This document shows, piece by piece, positions 1-12,636 of a stretch of DNA of 64,000 nt. Source of the DNA: the human T2T-CHM13v2.0 reference genome, Homo sapiens. Numbering within the stretch: the first letter of the stretch is position 1; every line of letters begins with the position of its first letter. The notes beneath the pieces are model-generated. The model was not told where the DNA came from. It did not search any database and was given only the letters and a program-made list of their open reading frames with translations. The translations under genes were made by a program, and so were the position numbers. The stretch lies in the NCBI RefSeq assembly GCF_009914755.1, contig NC_060946.1; one strand, 5' to 3'.

Positions 1-1292
1 CCTGTGCACAGGGACTGCAGGCGTCTGGCCTGAGTAGGGCCTGACAGCCACAGCCCACGGGTTTGCCTTGGCTTTGTTGCAGTGATAAAGGCCTTTGCTA
101 TGGCTAAGCTGACATTTTCCATTCTTTGCTTAATTTTAAGCTTGGTTTGACAGGACTGGCAGAAAACAAGAATAGGTAATAATTATGACAACTATATTTT
201 TTCCTCAGATTTTATTAGAAAATCTTTCTATGTTCCAGCCTGTGATATAGAAAGGTTTCAGCATAGATGGTTGTTTCAACTCCGAGGAGTTGAAACAGGG
301 AAATATGTTTTAAATTTGTTTCAAATATGCTGAAAACAAGGACATATGTTTGACCAAGTTTTTTTTTTTTTTTTTGTAAGTATTAGTAGCGCTGTTAGGA
401 AAAGAGAAGAAATGGATGAGACAAGTGGTTTGTGTTTCTGTGGGTGAGAGAAGTGGTTTGTGTTTCTGTGGTGGAGTGTGGAGTTCTGGCTGCCGCAGCT
501 CTGGCGCTCAGCTGCCGGTCTGGAAGTCCTTGGGGAAAGGTTGGGGTAGGCGGTGGTGACATCAGCAATGCCCTCGTACACTTAGCTCAGGCTTGCCGTT
601 GGAAGTGAGTTTGGCCCTGCCCACCATTTCAGAATTGTTTATAGACAGTTTTCTTCTCTTTTCCTTTTTCATTATTTTTGGAGCTAAGTCAATAGGGAGC
701 TCTAAGTGTTTACTCTAAACTGGGTCTGACTTTTAGTATTTAAGACTCTTTCTGGCTAATGAGCCTTAATAAGTTTGCAGCTTAGTACCTCGTAATCCTA
801 AATGCAGACGCAGCTCTGAACAGCGAATATTTATTGATTAAATATTCTTTTGCAATTAAAATTAGACTTGCTGCCATTGCTTATGTTTTTGTTTTGTGCT
901 TTTTTATTTTAACCTAGTTTTCCAGTTTATATCCAGTTTTCTAAATGTCCCCTAAGATAGGTTGCAGACTTCTCAGGTTGGTTTGTAGGAAGTTATGATG
1001 AAAACACCGAATTGCCGTTTTCTATTTATTAAGGATGTGCCGTGTCTAGGGGGAAAGTCTCATGTGAGTTATTTTATACTGTGCTTTCTCCTCTAATTCT
1101 CAGCCTCTGCGGGTTGTGGTTCCGCTTCCCTAATGTGTGTAGCACAGGGGTTGATGTGGACATGGACACTCTGATTTCAGTAGACAGAGGAGCACAAGGG
1201 GAGGTGACAGCCCCACTCTGCTGGTTGTGGACAGGAGGGCAGGTGGGTGTAGGTGGAGTCTGACCCAGGAACCCCGGCGAGGCAAGTGAGAG

Positions 1293-1692
1293 TGTGAACC
1301 CAGGAGATCTGAGACTGGTCTCAGTTGATTTAGAAAGTTTATTTTGCCAAGGTTGAGGGCGCACTGGCGACGCAGCCTTAGGAGATCCTGACGACATGTG
1401 CCCAAGGTGGTCGGGGCACAGCTTGGTTTTATACACTTAGGGAGACATGAGACATCCATCAGTACATGTAAGAAGTGGCGAGGGAGCTTCCAGGTCACAG
1501 ATAGGTGATACACGAATGGTTACATTCTTTTGAGTTTCTGATTAGCCTTTCCAAAGGAGGCAAATCAGGTGTGCATCTGTCTCAGTGAGCAGAGGAGTGA
1601 CTTTGAATAAAATGGGAGGCAGGTTTGCCCTAAGCAGTTTCTAGCTTGAGTTTTTTATAGTGATCTTGGGGGCCCAAGCATTTTCCTTCACA
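1293..1692 (-). mobile_element. ERV1 solo LTR, MER4 group (MER4A1-like)
   Basis: TG...CA ends with perfect 4-bp TSD AGAG (1289-1292 and 1693-1696); internal sequence matches MER4A-type consensus. Confidence 0.85.
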
Positions 1693-2479
1693 AGAGAAAG
1701 CCTGAGCATTCTCAGAGCGTTGACTTATGAAGGGACAGGCACATGTAGTCCTTTAACCATCATAGCTTGCAGGGGCCTTTGCTTGGGAGACGGAGATGAA
1801 TTAGACACTAGCCTGCCATTAGGAGGAGGTCGGGTGCTGCAGACTTGTGGTGGGACAGTGGTGGTGGAGGCCAGACTGCATGCTATAGGATGGACAGGAC
1901 ACGAGTATGAACCAGGGGGTGGAGGAGTACCACAGCGTGGGGGCAGTTTAGTACAGAGGGTCAGCTTCTGCTAAGAGGGGACTTCACACCTGGGATCTGC
2001 ATGGCCATGGCAGGTGGGGAAGGAGGGGAGGGTGTGGAGACTTGCAGTCACAAGGGATACGGATGAACGTGGTGGTTCTTGGCCCTCTCAGGGCTTGGAT
2101 TGACAGATGAGTAGGAAATAAATGTTAGATCAGGGAGCAAAGCTTGTCGTTGCAAATGTTGGGTGCTAAGAAAGGGTTCATGAGGATGCCAAGTAAGGCT
2201 TCTTGGGGAAGGTGGCATCTTACGTGGCATCTCAAAAGTGTTGTTAGTGTTCTCTCTGCTAGTGGGAAGTGGGGAGGCCATGAGAGCTGGGGCACACAGT
2301 AGGGGTGGGACAAGCAGGAACACAGGCTGGGGTAGAGGGGCCCAAGAGGAGACCAGGTGACAGCCGCCCTACTGCCATCCCTACCCACCCCATTGCTTGG
2401 GTTTTATTCTGAAGGAGAAACTGGGAGTGGTGAGCCTGTGTTTCTGGAAGAGTAAAGCCTTGAAAGAGCCGTTGGTTGG

Positions 2480-2610
2480 TTCATTCATTCATCCATTCAT
2501 TCATCCATTGGCATTTATTGAGCACTTTGTGTTTTAGGCACTGTGTCGGGTGCTGGGAAATAGCAGGCAGGGAAGAAGACCAAGTCGTCCCCCTGGGGCC
2601 TGCAGAACAG
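2480..2610 (-). mobile_element. L2 3' end fragment
   Basis: (TTCA)n tail followed by catttattgagcact...aggcactgtg, typical of L2 3' ends. Confidence 0.6.
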
Positions 2611-5600
2611 ATAGTAGAAGGCCTGCCTTTTTCTCTTGCCCCCTCCAACCCCGACAGACCTAGGCTACGTGGAGACGGATCCCATTCTCTCAGGATCTTA
2701 TTCCTGTGCTCCCAGTGCACTGCTGCCCTGTGTCTGTCCCTTACTGAGTGCTTGCCGTGCGTCAGACCACGCATTCAGAGATTCTTGTGGACAGGCGTGT
2801 GGCAGGCAACTCAGGGAACAGGCTGTTCTTGCCCAGTGTCTGGCTCGTAGGAGCAGTGCTGGTTGTAAGGGGAGGCTGCTCTTGGCAGGCTCTTGGGAGG
2901 GGACTAGAGCTGGGACAGGAAGAACTGGGAAGGGACAGGTAAGGGAGTTGAGGGGCCAAAGGCTACAGGGGTGGAGTAAGAGGACTCTGGCAGCTAGAGT
3001 AGGGGGCAAGCGTTGGTTCTTTTTCCGGGAACAAGTGCTCACTGTGCATTTGCCATGCTCCATGCCCTGTGTTGGTGAGCACTGATGCCATCCAGCTCCC
3101 CAGGCAGTCATGCTGCACCATGGCTCTGGGCCTTCTGTAAGAGGAGAGATCTGGGAGCACAGTGCACAATGCGAGTCACCCATCCCTGAGTCAGCATGTG
3201 CTGCTCACACATCTGCCCTCAGCCAGGCCCTCTGCAGGTGCTGGGGTTACAAGAACCTCTGGGACAATGGTGGGTACTGGGAACTCAGCAGGGAAGGGGT
3301 CTCCCCAATCAAGGATGCCTCTTTATCATTCCCTGAATCCCAAGGTTTAAACCTGGCTTCCCATTCAACTCTCCTGGGAGCTTTTCCCGATCCTGGTGTC
3401 CGGGCCCACGAAGCAAATTGGAATCTCTAGGGTGGACTCAGGCATCAGGGTGTTGACTGACTCTAGCATGCTGTGAACCATGCAGTCCACAGAGTGCCTA
3501 CCCTGCGGCTAGGCAGGGAATGGGAGGCGAGGGTGTGGGAGGTTCAGGCCTGCCCTCTTCACCTGTGGGTTTCCATTCTGGTCACATGTCATTATCACCT
3601 TTGGAGCTCAGGAAATACTGTTACGTCGGTTCTTGGGGGTTCTCACGTGTGCCCAGGGCTGAAGACGGCTGCTCTAAGACACTCAGGCTCCAGTGGGGCA
3701 AGGTGGGGCATACATGAGCCAACTGGGAAGCAGGTCATTGAAAGTTATGCGCTATGCCCGCCACTGCAGGCAGCACACACCTGGGCTGAGGTACCAGGGC
3801 AGGAGAGCTGGCCTGGGGCGTTGGAGGGCCTGCGTTGGAGGAGAGAGGCTGAGTGAGACTCGCTGAGAGCCATGAGCGTGTTGTCTGGGAGGGTTCGGGT
3901 GAGCAGGGTAAGATGGGAGGGATTTATCCCAGTCTGTGAGTCCTTCCAGGATCCAGAGGTTAACAGTTACGCCCAGAATTGAGAATTTATCATTTGTCCA
4001 GCTTAAAAAGGCAGATAACCAAAGAGGCAGATAACCAAAGCTGTGCTTGAATGGGAACCTATTTCAGGGTCTGGCAAACATCATGACTCTTTTTCATTGT
4101 GTTTATGATTTGTCATTAACATGATTCTAGTAGCCTTATTTTTAATTGATGAGTGGGCAGTGCCACTTCAATGAAGAAGGACGAGAAACATGACTTGGCA
4201 TTTATGAAAAACTAACATCTAGTCTAGAACATACCATTAAGCCACTAGTAATACTACTTAATGTTTACATTTTATGCAAGCAGGGTAGTAACTTTTTAAA
4301 AATTACTGCTATACAGAATCATATTTCTGGCTCTTTTTTAAATAAGTATTTCAGAAACGTGGCACAAAAACTACTTAAACATCGAACATTTGCATTAGTG
4401 AGTCTAATGGTTAAAAATGATGAGTGAAGCTCCAGTATTATCTTTGTTTTTGCAGTTTATTGAGGTAGGTTTGCATAGGAACACAGTGGGAGGGAACAAT
4501 TTGATTTTTGTGTCACCGGGACAATTTAGATATAAGTATATGCATGCATTGTTTTACATTTATGATGAGTGTTTTTATAGCATGCTAATACAGCAATTAA
4601 GTTTTCTGTAGTTCTGTCATTTAAAATTCATTGCATACTTGAATGTATTTCATTTGCATAATTTCTAGTCTTGCTTAATTATTGAAAGGCCTCAACTTGC
4701 ATATGTGTGTTTTCCTTTAGGGATGGGAGTGTCAGGAGCACGTGTAGGGTTTTTATTGCCTGCATTCCGATGATGACGTGCTTGCCTTTTAGAATTTGTG
4801 TTTCAAGTTAATTTACATTTTGGGGAGTGGGAAGTATTTCTGAGAGCCCTCTTGCAAGTTCACTATGGATTTTTTGTTGCCACTGAACGCAGTTGATGTC
4901 AGGCTGCCTACACCACGGCCTAGCTGATCACCCCTGCTGGCCCACGCTGCCCTGTGTTGAAGGCTGGGCCCCTTCACTGGCACACAGGCCTTCTCTCCTG
5001 GCTGCTGCACACAGCTTCACACCCATCATTGGCCAGGCTCTGTTTCCGGCCTTGCCCCTAGCCAACCCGGACACATTTCCCTGTGTCCTCTGTGCTCCGT
5101 CTCTTTCTCTCCACCTCTGTCTTCTCCACTATCAAAACCAAACCCAGAAGTGTATGCTTGGTCTTACTTGTCCCAAGTGAGCACACGCATCTTTCTCCCT
5201 GAGTCTCAGGGCTGTGGCCACCTTTGGGTCTGACAGGATCTCTGCACGTCGTGATCACTCTTGCACTCAGCGAGGAAGGACTGAGGTTCCGTTGTGGGGC
5301 AAACAGCGTTCCAAGCCCTTGGACGAACATTCCGCCCTCGTGGACCTCACATTTTGGTGGGAGAAGACAAACAATACACCGAGAAGTAGATTTGATGTGC
5401 TGTGGAATGTGAGGAGTGCTGTAGGAAAAGGGCTGGGATCAGCTTGGTGGGATGGTGAGGGCCGAGGAGGGGAAGGGGCTGTTGAAGTAGGTGGGTAGCG
5501 GTCAGGGTGGGCCGCACTGAGGAGGTGACTTTGAGCAGGGACTTAGAGGAGCAAGGGAGGCAGCTAAGCAGGTGCCTGGGGGTGCATTCCTGTCTGGTTC

Positions 5601-5798
5601 ATTCTGTGGAGAGGGCTTACCCGTTCCCTCACTGTGTTTCCCATCAGGGAATAGTGCCCACCAGACACAGGTGATGAAGAGGGAGAACAGTAAGTAACAG
5701 GAAGCAGTGCCGTGGGCTCCTCCCACAGCCGGGGAGGTGGAGACCGAGAGAGGGTGCTCTTGTGGAAAGGCGGCTGCTGGCCCTGCACAGACTGAGAG

Positions 5799-6008
5799 CA
5801 GCGGCCAGCGGCTGTCCTCGAAAGGGCAGCCAGTCAACACCCTGGGCTTGGTGGCCCCTGTGGTCTGTAGCAGCTAATCTCTGCCATTGTGGCCCAGAGC
5901 AGCCACAGGGAATCTGTATAAAGGAAAACACATAGTTGTGTTCCCATAACACTTTATTTACAAAAATGGGTGGGCAGGATTGGCTGATGGTCAGTTTGCT
6001 GACCCCTG
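5799..6008 (+). mobile_element. MER58A-like hAT-Charlie MITE
   Basis: tttatttacaaaaa...gtttgctgacccctg end, followed by atctagat target site. Confidence 0.7.
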
Positions 6009-6559
6009 ATCTAGATGAAATGGGTCCTAGCAGAGGAAGAGTAAGTTCAGAGAGGGGCACTGAGGCAGGAGAGGTGTGGCATTTAAGGAACATTTAAGCA
6101 GCGAAGTAAAAGTGGGAGGGGCCATGGTGAGTGACGAGTCTCGGCCTCTTGGTCAGAGAGGCAGGAAGGGCCAGGCCCGCAGGAGCCGTCAGCCTAGGCA
6201 GGGCCTGGGCTTTTATGCTGGGCATGATTAGAAGCAATTGGAAGTGTTTTCGGGCTGGTGGTGTTAAAATGATGTGATTGTCACAGAGTCTCTAGAGCCA
6301 GCGTGTGGAGAAAGGACCGTGGGGTCTTTGTCCACCCACTGATGGACAGTCACCTGTGAGCCCGGCCAGTCTTCAGCGTCTCTGTATCCAGGGCTGAGCA
6401 GCGGGTGGGAGAGTGGCTGGGGCTGGGTGAATGAATGTTGTTGTTGTGTGTATCTGTGGGTGGCTCTTAGCATGCGGATTTGTCCCCAGGTCTTCGGTGA
6501 CTTGGGATCACATGGCTCTCCTGAGCAGTGTGGGACCTCAGGTTAGGAGCTGGGGCTTG

Positions 6560-6725
6560 GCTTGAGTTTGCCTTCGTGTCCATGTGACTCTGGGCACATT
6601 AACCACGTTTCCTGAGCCTGTCTCCTCGTCTGCAGATAGGGACAGTGACGGCCTTCTGTGATTAGTGGGATTAAAGCAGCACTGTGTGAAGCACGGAGCG
6701 TGGTGAGGACCCAGCCCTTCCTTAG
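6560..6725. mobile_element. MIR fragment
   Basis: tgtgactctgggcaca...ctgagcctgtctcctcgtctgcagataggg MIR-core-like sequence. Confidence 0.5.
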
Positions 6726-7069
6726 TTCACCTGCGGGTATGGCAATTCGGGGGCAAAGAAAAAGAAGTAATCTTATGTAATTGTTATTGCCAAGAGACGG
6801 ACAGGCTTGAAATAACAACAAGGTGCAGACGGGTCTGGATGAAGCCTGTGGCTCTGAGACGGTTATCTGTGAAGCTGGCTTGAACTTGAAGTAGAAGCTT
6901 GTTTCACTCAGGTCTGGCTGTCACTGCCCCCCCTTGTAATTTTATGCCTTCCCATCACTGTGGGCAGGGCTAGGTACCCAACAGAAGGAGCTCTGCGCCT
7001 GGCAATCCACCAGCACATCCCAGTGAAAGAGGCCTGATTCTGGAGATGCTCAGGTGGGTCATTAAATAA

Positions 7070-7440
<371 letters not shown>

Positions 7441-7978
7441 AGTCACTGTTAGAATTATGTGAATCAATACGCTCTTTGGAATACTGCTATTTCCTCATTT
7501 TATGGGAAAACAGAGGCCAGGTGGGAATAATGGCCACACCTTTCCTCCATCACGAGGACTCTGAGTGTCCCTCTCGAGTGCATCTTGGCAGCTAGGCTGT
7601 TCTGTGCCCCTCTCCAGAATACTGTAATTCACCGAGCGATTGTTTTCTGGAGAGAGTGTTCTCCTCTGGGGCACCTCCTCCCATTGGGTTGGGGATGCGT
7701 CTGACACGCGTGTAACCAGGCGGTTGTGACCCGATGCCCTTTCTGCCAGGGCTACTTGGAAATCACGCATCGTGAACCTTGAAGGTATCCGGTATTCCTT
7801 TGAGCTAAAAGTTCACTGTAGGAAGTTTACTTCAGGAAGTAATTGACATTGTTAGCTGATGTGTGTTTGAGAATACTGGGCAATTAGAAATAATCAAAAT
7901 ACTCACAAATTGGGGAAAGGTGACATAGAAATGCGTATGATGGAAGCCAGTGTCACCTTCAAAATGGATGTTTTAGAG

Positions 7979-8178
7979 CACGGTTGGCAAATGTTTTCTG
8001 TAAAGGCCTAGATAGTAAATATTTGAGCCTGTAGGCCATGTGGTCTCCTGTAGCCACTCCACTGTGCTGCGATAGGGCAAAAGCAGCCACACACAGTACA
8101 TAAACAGATGGGCCGTGCCCTGTCCAGCAAAATTTTATTTACACAAATAGGTGGTGGGCCGTAGTTTGCTGATTCCTG
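7979..8178 (+). mobile_element. MER58A hAT-Charlie MITE
   Basis: ca(g/c)ggttggcaaa...tttgctgattcctg TIRs, 8-bp TSD-like ttttagag / ttgtagaa. Confidence 0.8.
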
Positions 8179-8229
8179 TTGTAGAACAGGACTTAACAAC
8201 AGTGGGAATATGGCCATGATTTTAAAGGG

Positions 8230-9075
8230 AAAGGACCAATCATAAACTGGGCTACATTAAAGTTAGGAACTTCTCTTCATCAAAGACGTCATTAATAGAG
8301 TGAAAAGGCAAGTCACAGAAGGAGGCTGTTGGCAGCAGGGCTCACGTGTGGACTATCTGGATATGAACACCTGTGAATCAGAAAGGAGGAGGCAGATGGC
8401 CTCATGGGAAGGGACTCAAACATCTGTACTCATACTTCACAGATGCAGACACGCAATGGCATCCCTTTGTCTCCTGGGAAATTCAGATGAAAATGAAATG
8501 TAGCTTAATAGATACCACTGCAAAGCCATCAGAATGGCTAATGTGAAAAGGTTCCACAGTATCAAGTGTTGGCAAGGATGTAGGACATTGGGAATTTGCA
8601 TACACTTCTGACAGGAGTAGAGTCACTTTGAAAATTCTTTAGCAAAGTCTTTCGGAGGTATGCAAACCTAGCAGGCCCACTCCCAGGTATACACTTAACA
8701 GAAATGCATCTCATGTACTGTAAAAGGGAGCTTCAAGAATCTTTAAAGCAAAAACTGGAAACAGCACAAATGTTTGTTAGCAGAATGGATTTCATACACA
8801 GCAGTGTTATGCGACAGTGGAGGAAGGAACTACTGTTACGCGTTATAACATGAATTAATTTTCAAGTGTAACACTGAATGAAAGCAGCCAGACAGAAAAA
8901 ATGCCACTTAGGAGGGGAGGAGGTAAGGGGCGGTGACCGAGAGGCCTGCTAAGACGGTGATGGTCTGGCTTTGACCTGGGTGGTATTGACGGATGTGTTC
9001 AGTTTGTGATAATGCACACGATTTTGGGGTACACCTTTATCTAAGTATGCTATACTTCAATAAGCATTTATTAAA
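8230..9075 (+). mobile_element. Old L1 (L1M/L1ME) 3' fragment
   Basis: acattaaagttaggaacttct...caagtgttggcaaggatg...tatacttcaataa L1 ORF2-end/3'UTR motifs. Confidence 0.65.
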
Positions 9076-9953
9076 AAGAAGTTTCAGTGGTGTGATCCTA
9101 ATGTGTTAACATGAGTGTGCCTGAGTGTAATTTATAATATGGAATAGATGACAGTGGAAGCTTAAGGAGGATGGAAGGAATGCCAGTGCTCACACAGCTG
9201 AAAAGATGGGGCTAGAGTCTGGCTTCATGCTCGAGGCCTGGCGGCTCTCTGAGTCCCGCTCTCTTTCAGGTCAGCTTTTCTCAGTGGACCTGTAGCTTGT
9301 GATTCTCCCCTCCCATCAGAGGGTGGCCGCCGCAACTCCACACTGTGCGCGTTCACTTTCATTCACAGCAGCAGCCAAGAAAAGCCCTGGCTTGGCTCCT
9401 ATTCCTGCCTTGGGCCACCTCTCCACCTCCAAACTGTCAGTCATGGTGGCTGGAAGATGGCTTAGCCGTGTAGCTTAGCCCAGTTAAGACCTGTCCTGAA
9501 AGAAGAGGCTTCCCATCCGGACCACAAGGGTTGGGCAGAGGGTGACGTGGCTCCCAGAGCAGCTTCAGGGCTCTGTTCGAGCAAGGATGAGTAGATGTTT
9601 GGTGGCTAACACAGTGATGTCTACTACAGATGGGGAAACACTTTCAAAGGCTAAAAGTGCCATCCGGGATGTATTTGTTCATTCAGTCACTCGTTCATAT
9701 GTGATTCACCCAGTGAAAGCTTGTTGTGCCCGCCATCTGGTTGGTACCATGAGGGCCTGGTCCTGAGTGAACTTCCTGCTAGATGCTGCTGGAGTGCCAG
9801 GTGACCAGCCCCACCTCGTGGGAGAAGTGACTACTGACCAGGAGCCCAGTCAGACTTCATGGGAGAAGTGACCACTGGAGACACTTGAGGGATGAGAAAG
9901 ACATGGCCAGGCACAGCAGTAAGACTGCTAGGAAAAAAACAAGGAGAAAAGCC

Positions 9954-10245
9954 TTTTCTGTTTTTTTGAGACAGAGCCTTGCTCTGTTGCCCAGGCTGGA
10001 GTGCAGTGGCATGATCTTGGCTCACTGCACCTTCCCTCCCGGGTTCAAGTGATTCTCCTGCCTCAGCCTCCTGAGTAGTTGGGATTACAGGCATGTGCCG
10101 CCACATCTGGCTAATTTTTGTATTTTTAGTAGAGATGGGGTTTCACCATGTTGGCCAGGCTGGTCTTGAACTCCTGACGTCGTGATCTGCCTGCCTCGGC
10201 CTCCCAAAGTGCTGGGATTACAGGTGTGAGCTACCGCGTCTGTCC
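9954..10245 (-). mobile_element. AluS (Sc/Sg-like)
   Basis: Full Alu dimer on the minus strand. Confidence 0.92.
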
Positions 10246-10249
10246 AAAA

Positions 10250-11228
10250 ATCTTTTTAAAATAAGATACAGGAACACTAATTATAAAAGAAAAACTATCA
10301 ACTGGACTTCATGAAACTTTAAGACCTTATCTGTTTGAGACATAAAAGCAAGCCATAGACTGGGGAGAGGAATGACAGTAAATACAAAGGAAAAAGAGAT
10401 TTGTATCTAGAGTGTGTACAGAGCTCGTCAAACTCAGTGAGAAGACGACACACAACCTGAGTAAAAGCTGGGCCAAAGATTTGAACAGATACTTCACCAA
10501 AGAAGAGATGCGATGGCCCCACGAAGAGATGTTTGGTATCATTAATCATTATGGAAACGAAATTAAAACCACACCCAACTGCATGGCTGATAGTTAGATT
10601 CACAGTACTAAGTGTTGGAAAGGCTGTGTAGCATCTGGAATTCTCATACATTGCTTGTCGGAATGTAAAGTGGAGTAATTTCTTTAGAAAAAGAGGTGAC
10701 ATCTTAGAAAACTAAGCATATCCCAATGTTATGGCCCAGTAACTCGACTCCTAGGTATTTAACCATGAAAACCCAAAGCGTATGCCCACGAAAATCCTGT
10801 GCAGGAATATAACAAACCCCAAACCGGAAACAACCGAAATGCTCATCGACAGGCGAATCTTTAACAAACTGGTGGATCCGTTCAACGGACACAGCTAGAA
10901 AAAGGAAATCACAGCTGATTCACGTAACTTGGATCCGTCTGGGAAGGTGCTGTGCTGCTGAGTGAAGGAAAAGCTTGCACGATGTGTAGGTCCTGAGTGA
11001 CTCCATTTCTGGGGAGTCCTAGGGCAGCCTCAGCCATGCACAGTGAGGAGGTGAGCACCTCCCCGGCCAGGGCTGGGATGGACTGCAGAGGATACTGGGA
11101 AGTATACAGGGGCGGGGGGATAGAAGTGTGTCTGTATCTTCCTTGGAGCAGGAGTTACATAGCTGGATGCCCTTGTCAAAAGCCACCAAACTGATTGCTT
11201 AAAATGGGTGCATCTTATTTTATAAATT
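10250..11228 (+). mobile_element. Old L1 (L1ME-like) fragment
   Basis: gggccaaagatttgaacagatacttcaccaaagaag, actcctaggtattt and other L1 3' motifs. Confidence 0.65.
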
Positions 11229-11229
11229 A

Positions 11230-11824
11230 GAATTGGCCATTTATATCTGGGGGTTTTGCATCTGCAGATTCAACCAACTGTGCTTCGAAAATATTTGGGA
11301 AAAAAAGGCCGGCACGGTGGCCCACGCCTGTAATCCCAGCACTTTGGGAGGCTGAGGCGGGTGGATCACGAGGTCAAGAGATTGAGACCATCCTGGCCAA
11401 CATAGTGAAACCCGTACTAAAAATACAAAATTTAGCTGGGCGTGGTGGCGGGTGCCTGTAATCCCAGCTACTCGGGAGGCTGAGGCAGGAGATCACTTGA
11501 ACCCGTGAGGTGGAGTTTGCAGTGACCCGAGATCATGCCACTGCACTCCAGCCTGGGCGACAGAGTGAGACTCTGTCTCAAAATAAATGAATAAATAAAT
11601 AAATGGTAACAGTGCAACAAAAGATAACATAAATAAAAAACAACACAGTATAACAATTACTTACATAGCATTTACCTTGTATCAGGTGTCATAAGTCATC
11701 TAGAGATTATTTAAAGTATTCAAGCAGATGTGCATAAGTTACATGCAAACACTATGGCATTTTATATAAGGGTCTTGAGTAGCTAAGAATTTTGGTATCC
11801 CCCATAGATACTTAGGGACAACTA
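11230..11824. mobile_element. MER2 (TcMar-Tigger MITE), split by an Alu
   Basis: gattcaaccaactg...aaaatattt and acagtataacaattacttacatagcattta...gatacttagggacaact match MER2 on both sides of the Alu. Confidence 0.75.
11307..11604 (+). mobile_element. AluSc-like
   Basis: ggtcaagagattgagaccatcctggccaac diagnostic; (AAAT)n tail. Confidence 0.92.
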
Positions 11825-12507
11825 TATATTGTCAATAATGTCAAGTTAAAAAGTAGAAACAAGGCAACAGAAACCATGAAATCCTGGGCAGTCTGGCCCA
11901 GGAATCAGGCTCTTCGTGACCTCCTTGTGCTGCCTGGCCCTTTCTGACTTCAAGTCCCCTTTATGTACTGAGACTGCAGCTGCCATGGGCCCATGAGTCT
12001 TTGAAGATAGCACATTTGCATAAGTGAGAGTACGTACACACGTATGTGTGTATATGCATGCGTGTATATGTGTGTGTGTGCGTGGGGTGTGTGTGCGTGG
12101 TTGCTGTTAGAAGACAGTTCAGACTTTGGAATCCTGTCTGGTATATGAGGCCTCTAGAGAAGCGCTTGTTTCATCTCGCAGCCCTGTTGTAGAAGAGCCT
12201 TGGGCCCACCTGCTGCAGGGCCTGTGGGACTGTTGTCCAGGTGAGTGGGGAGGGCCTGCACCGGGAGGCTGCGGACGCAAGCCCAGGCCCCTTCCTGAGT
12301 GCTGTCGGGAGTGGTGCTTGCATTGTGTTCAGCTGGCTGACCTCCTCTGTGTGTGTTTCTTTTTTCCCACAATTTGTGCTCCTCTCTGTGTCAGATTTCA
12401 GAATGCCAAGCTTAGGTATGATGCAAGTCTTTTTATTTCACGCTTAATAATAGGGACTCCATGAATTAGCTATAACCATGTATATTTTTTGTTTATTTCT
12501 CACCCAG

Positions 12508-12636
12508 GGTTACCTTCCCGCCAATGTAGACCGGAGACCAGCCACTCTCCAGAGAAAACAAAAAGAATATTTTGCATTTATTGAGCACTATTACGATTCT
12601 AGGAACGACGAAGTTCACCAGGACACATACAGGCAG
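12508..12636 (+). CDS. TBC1D22A: TBC1D22A internal coding exon (129 nt, phase 0-0): GYLPANVDRRPATLQRKQKEYFAFIEHYYDSRNDEVHQDTYRQ
   Basis: Polypyrimidine tract + cag acceptor (tttatttctcacccag) and CAG|gtggga donor; 43 codons; peptide recognised as TBC1D22A/Gyp1-family TBC domain. Confidence 0.96.

Noticed and set aside
423-471. Short direct duplications (also 4009-4040, 14468-14490, 27845-27876)
   Set aside because: Ordinary slippage duplications with no sign of function
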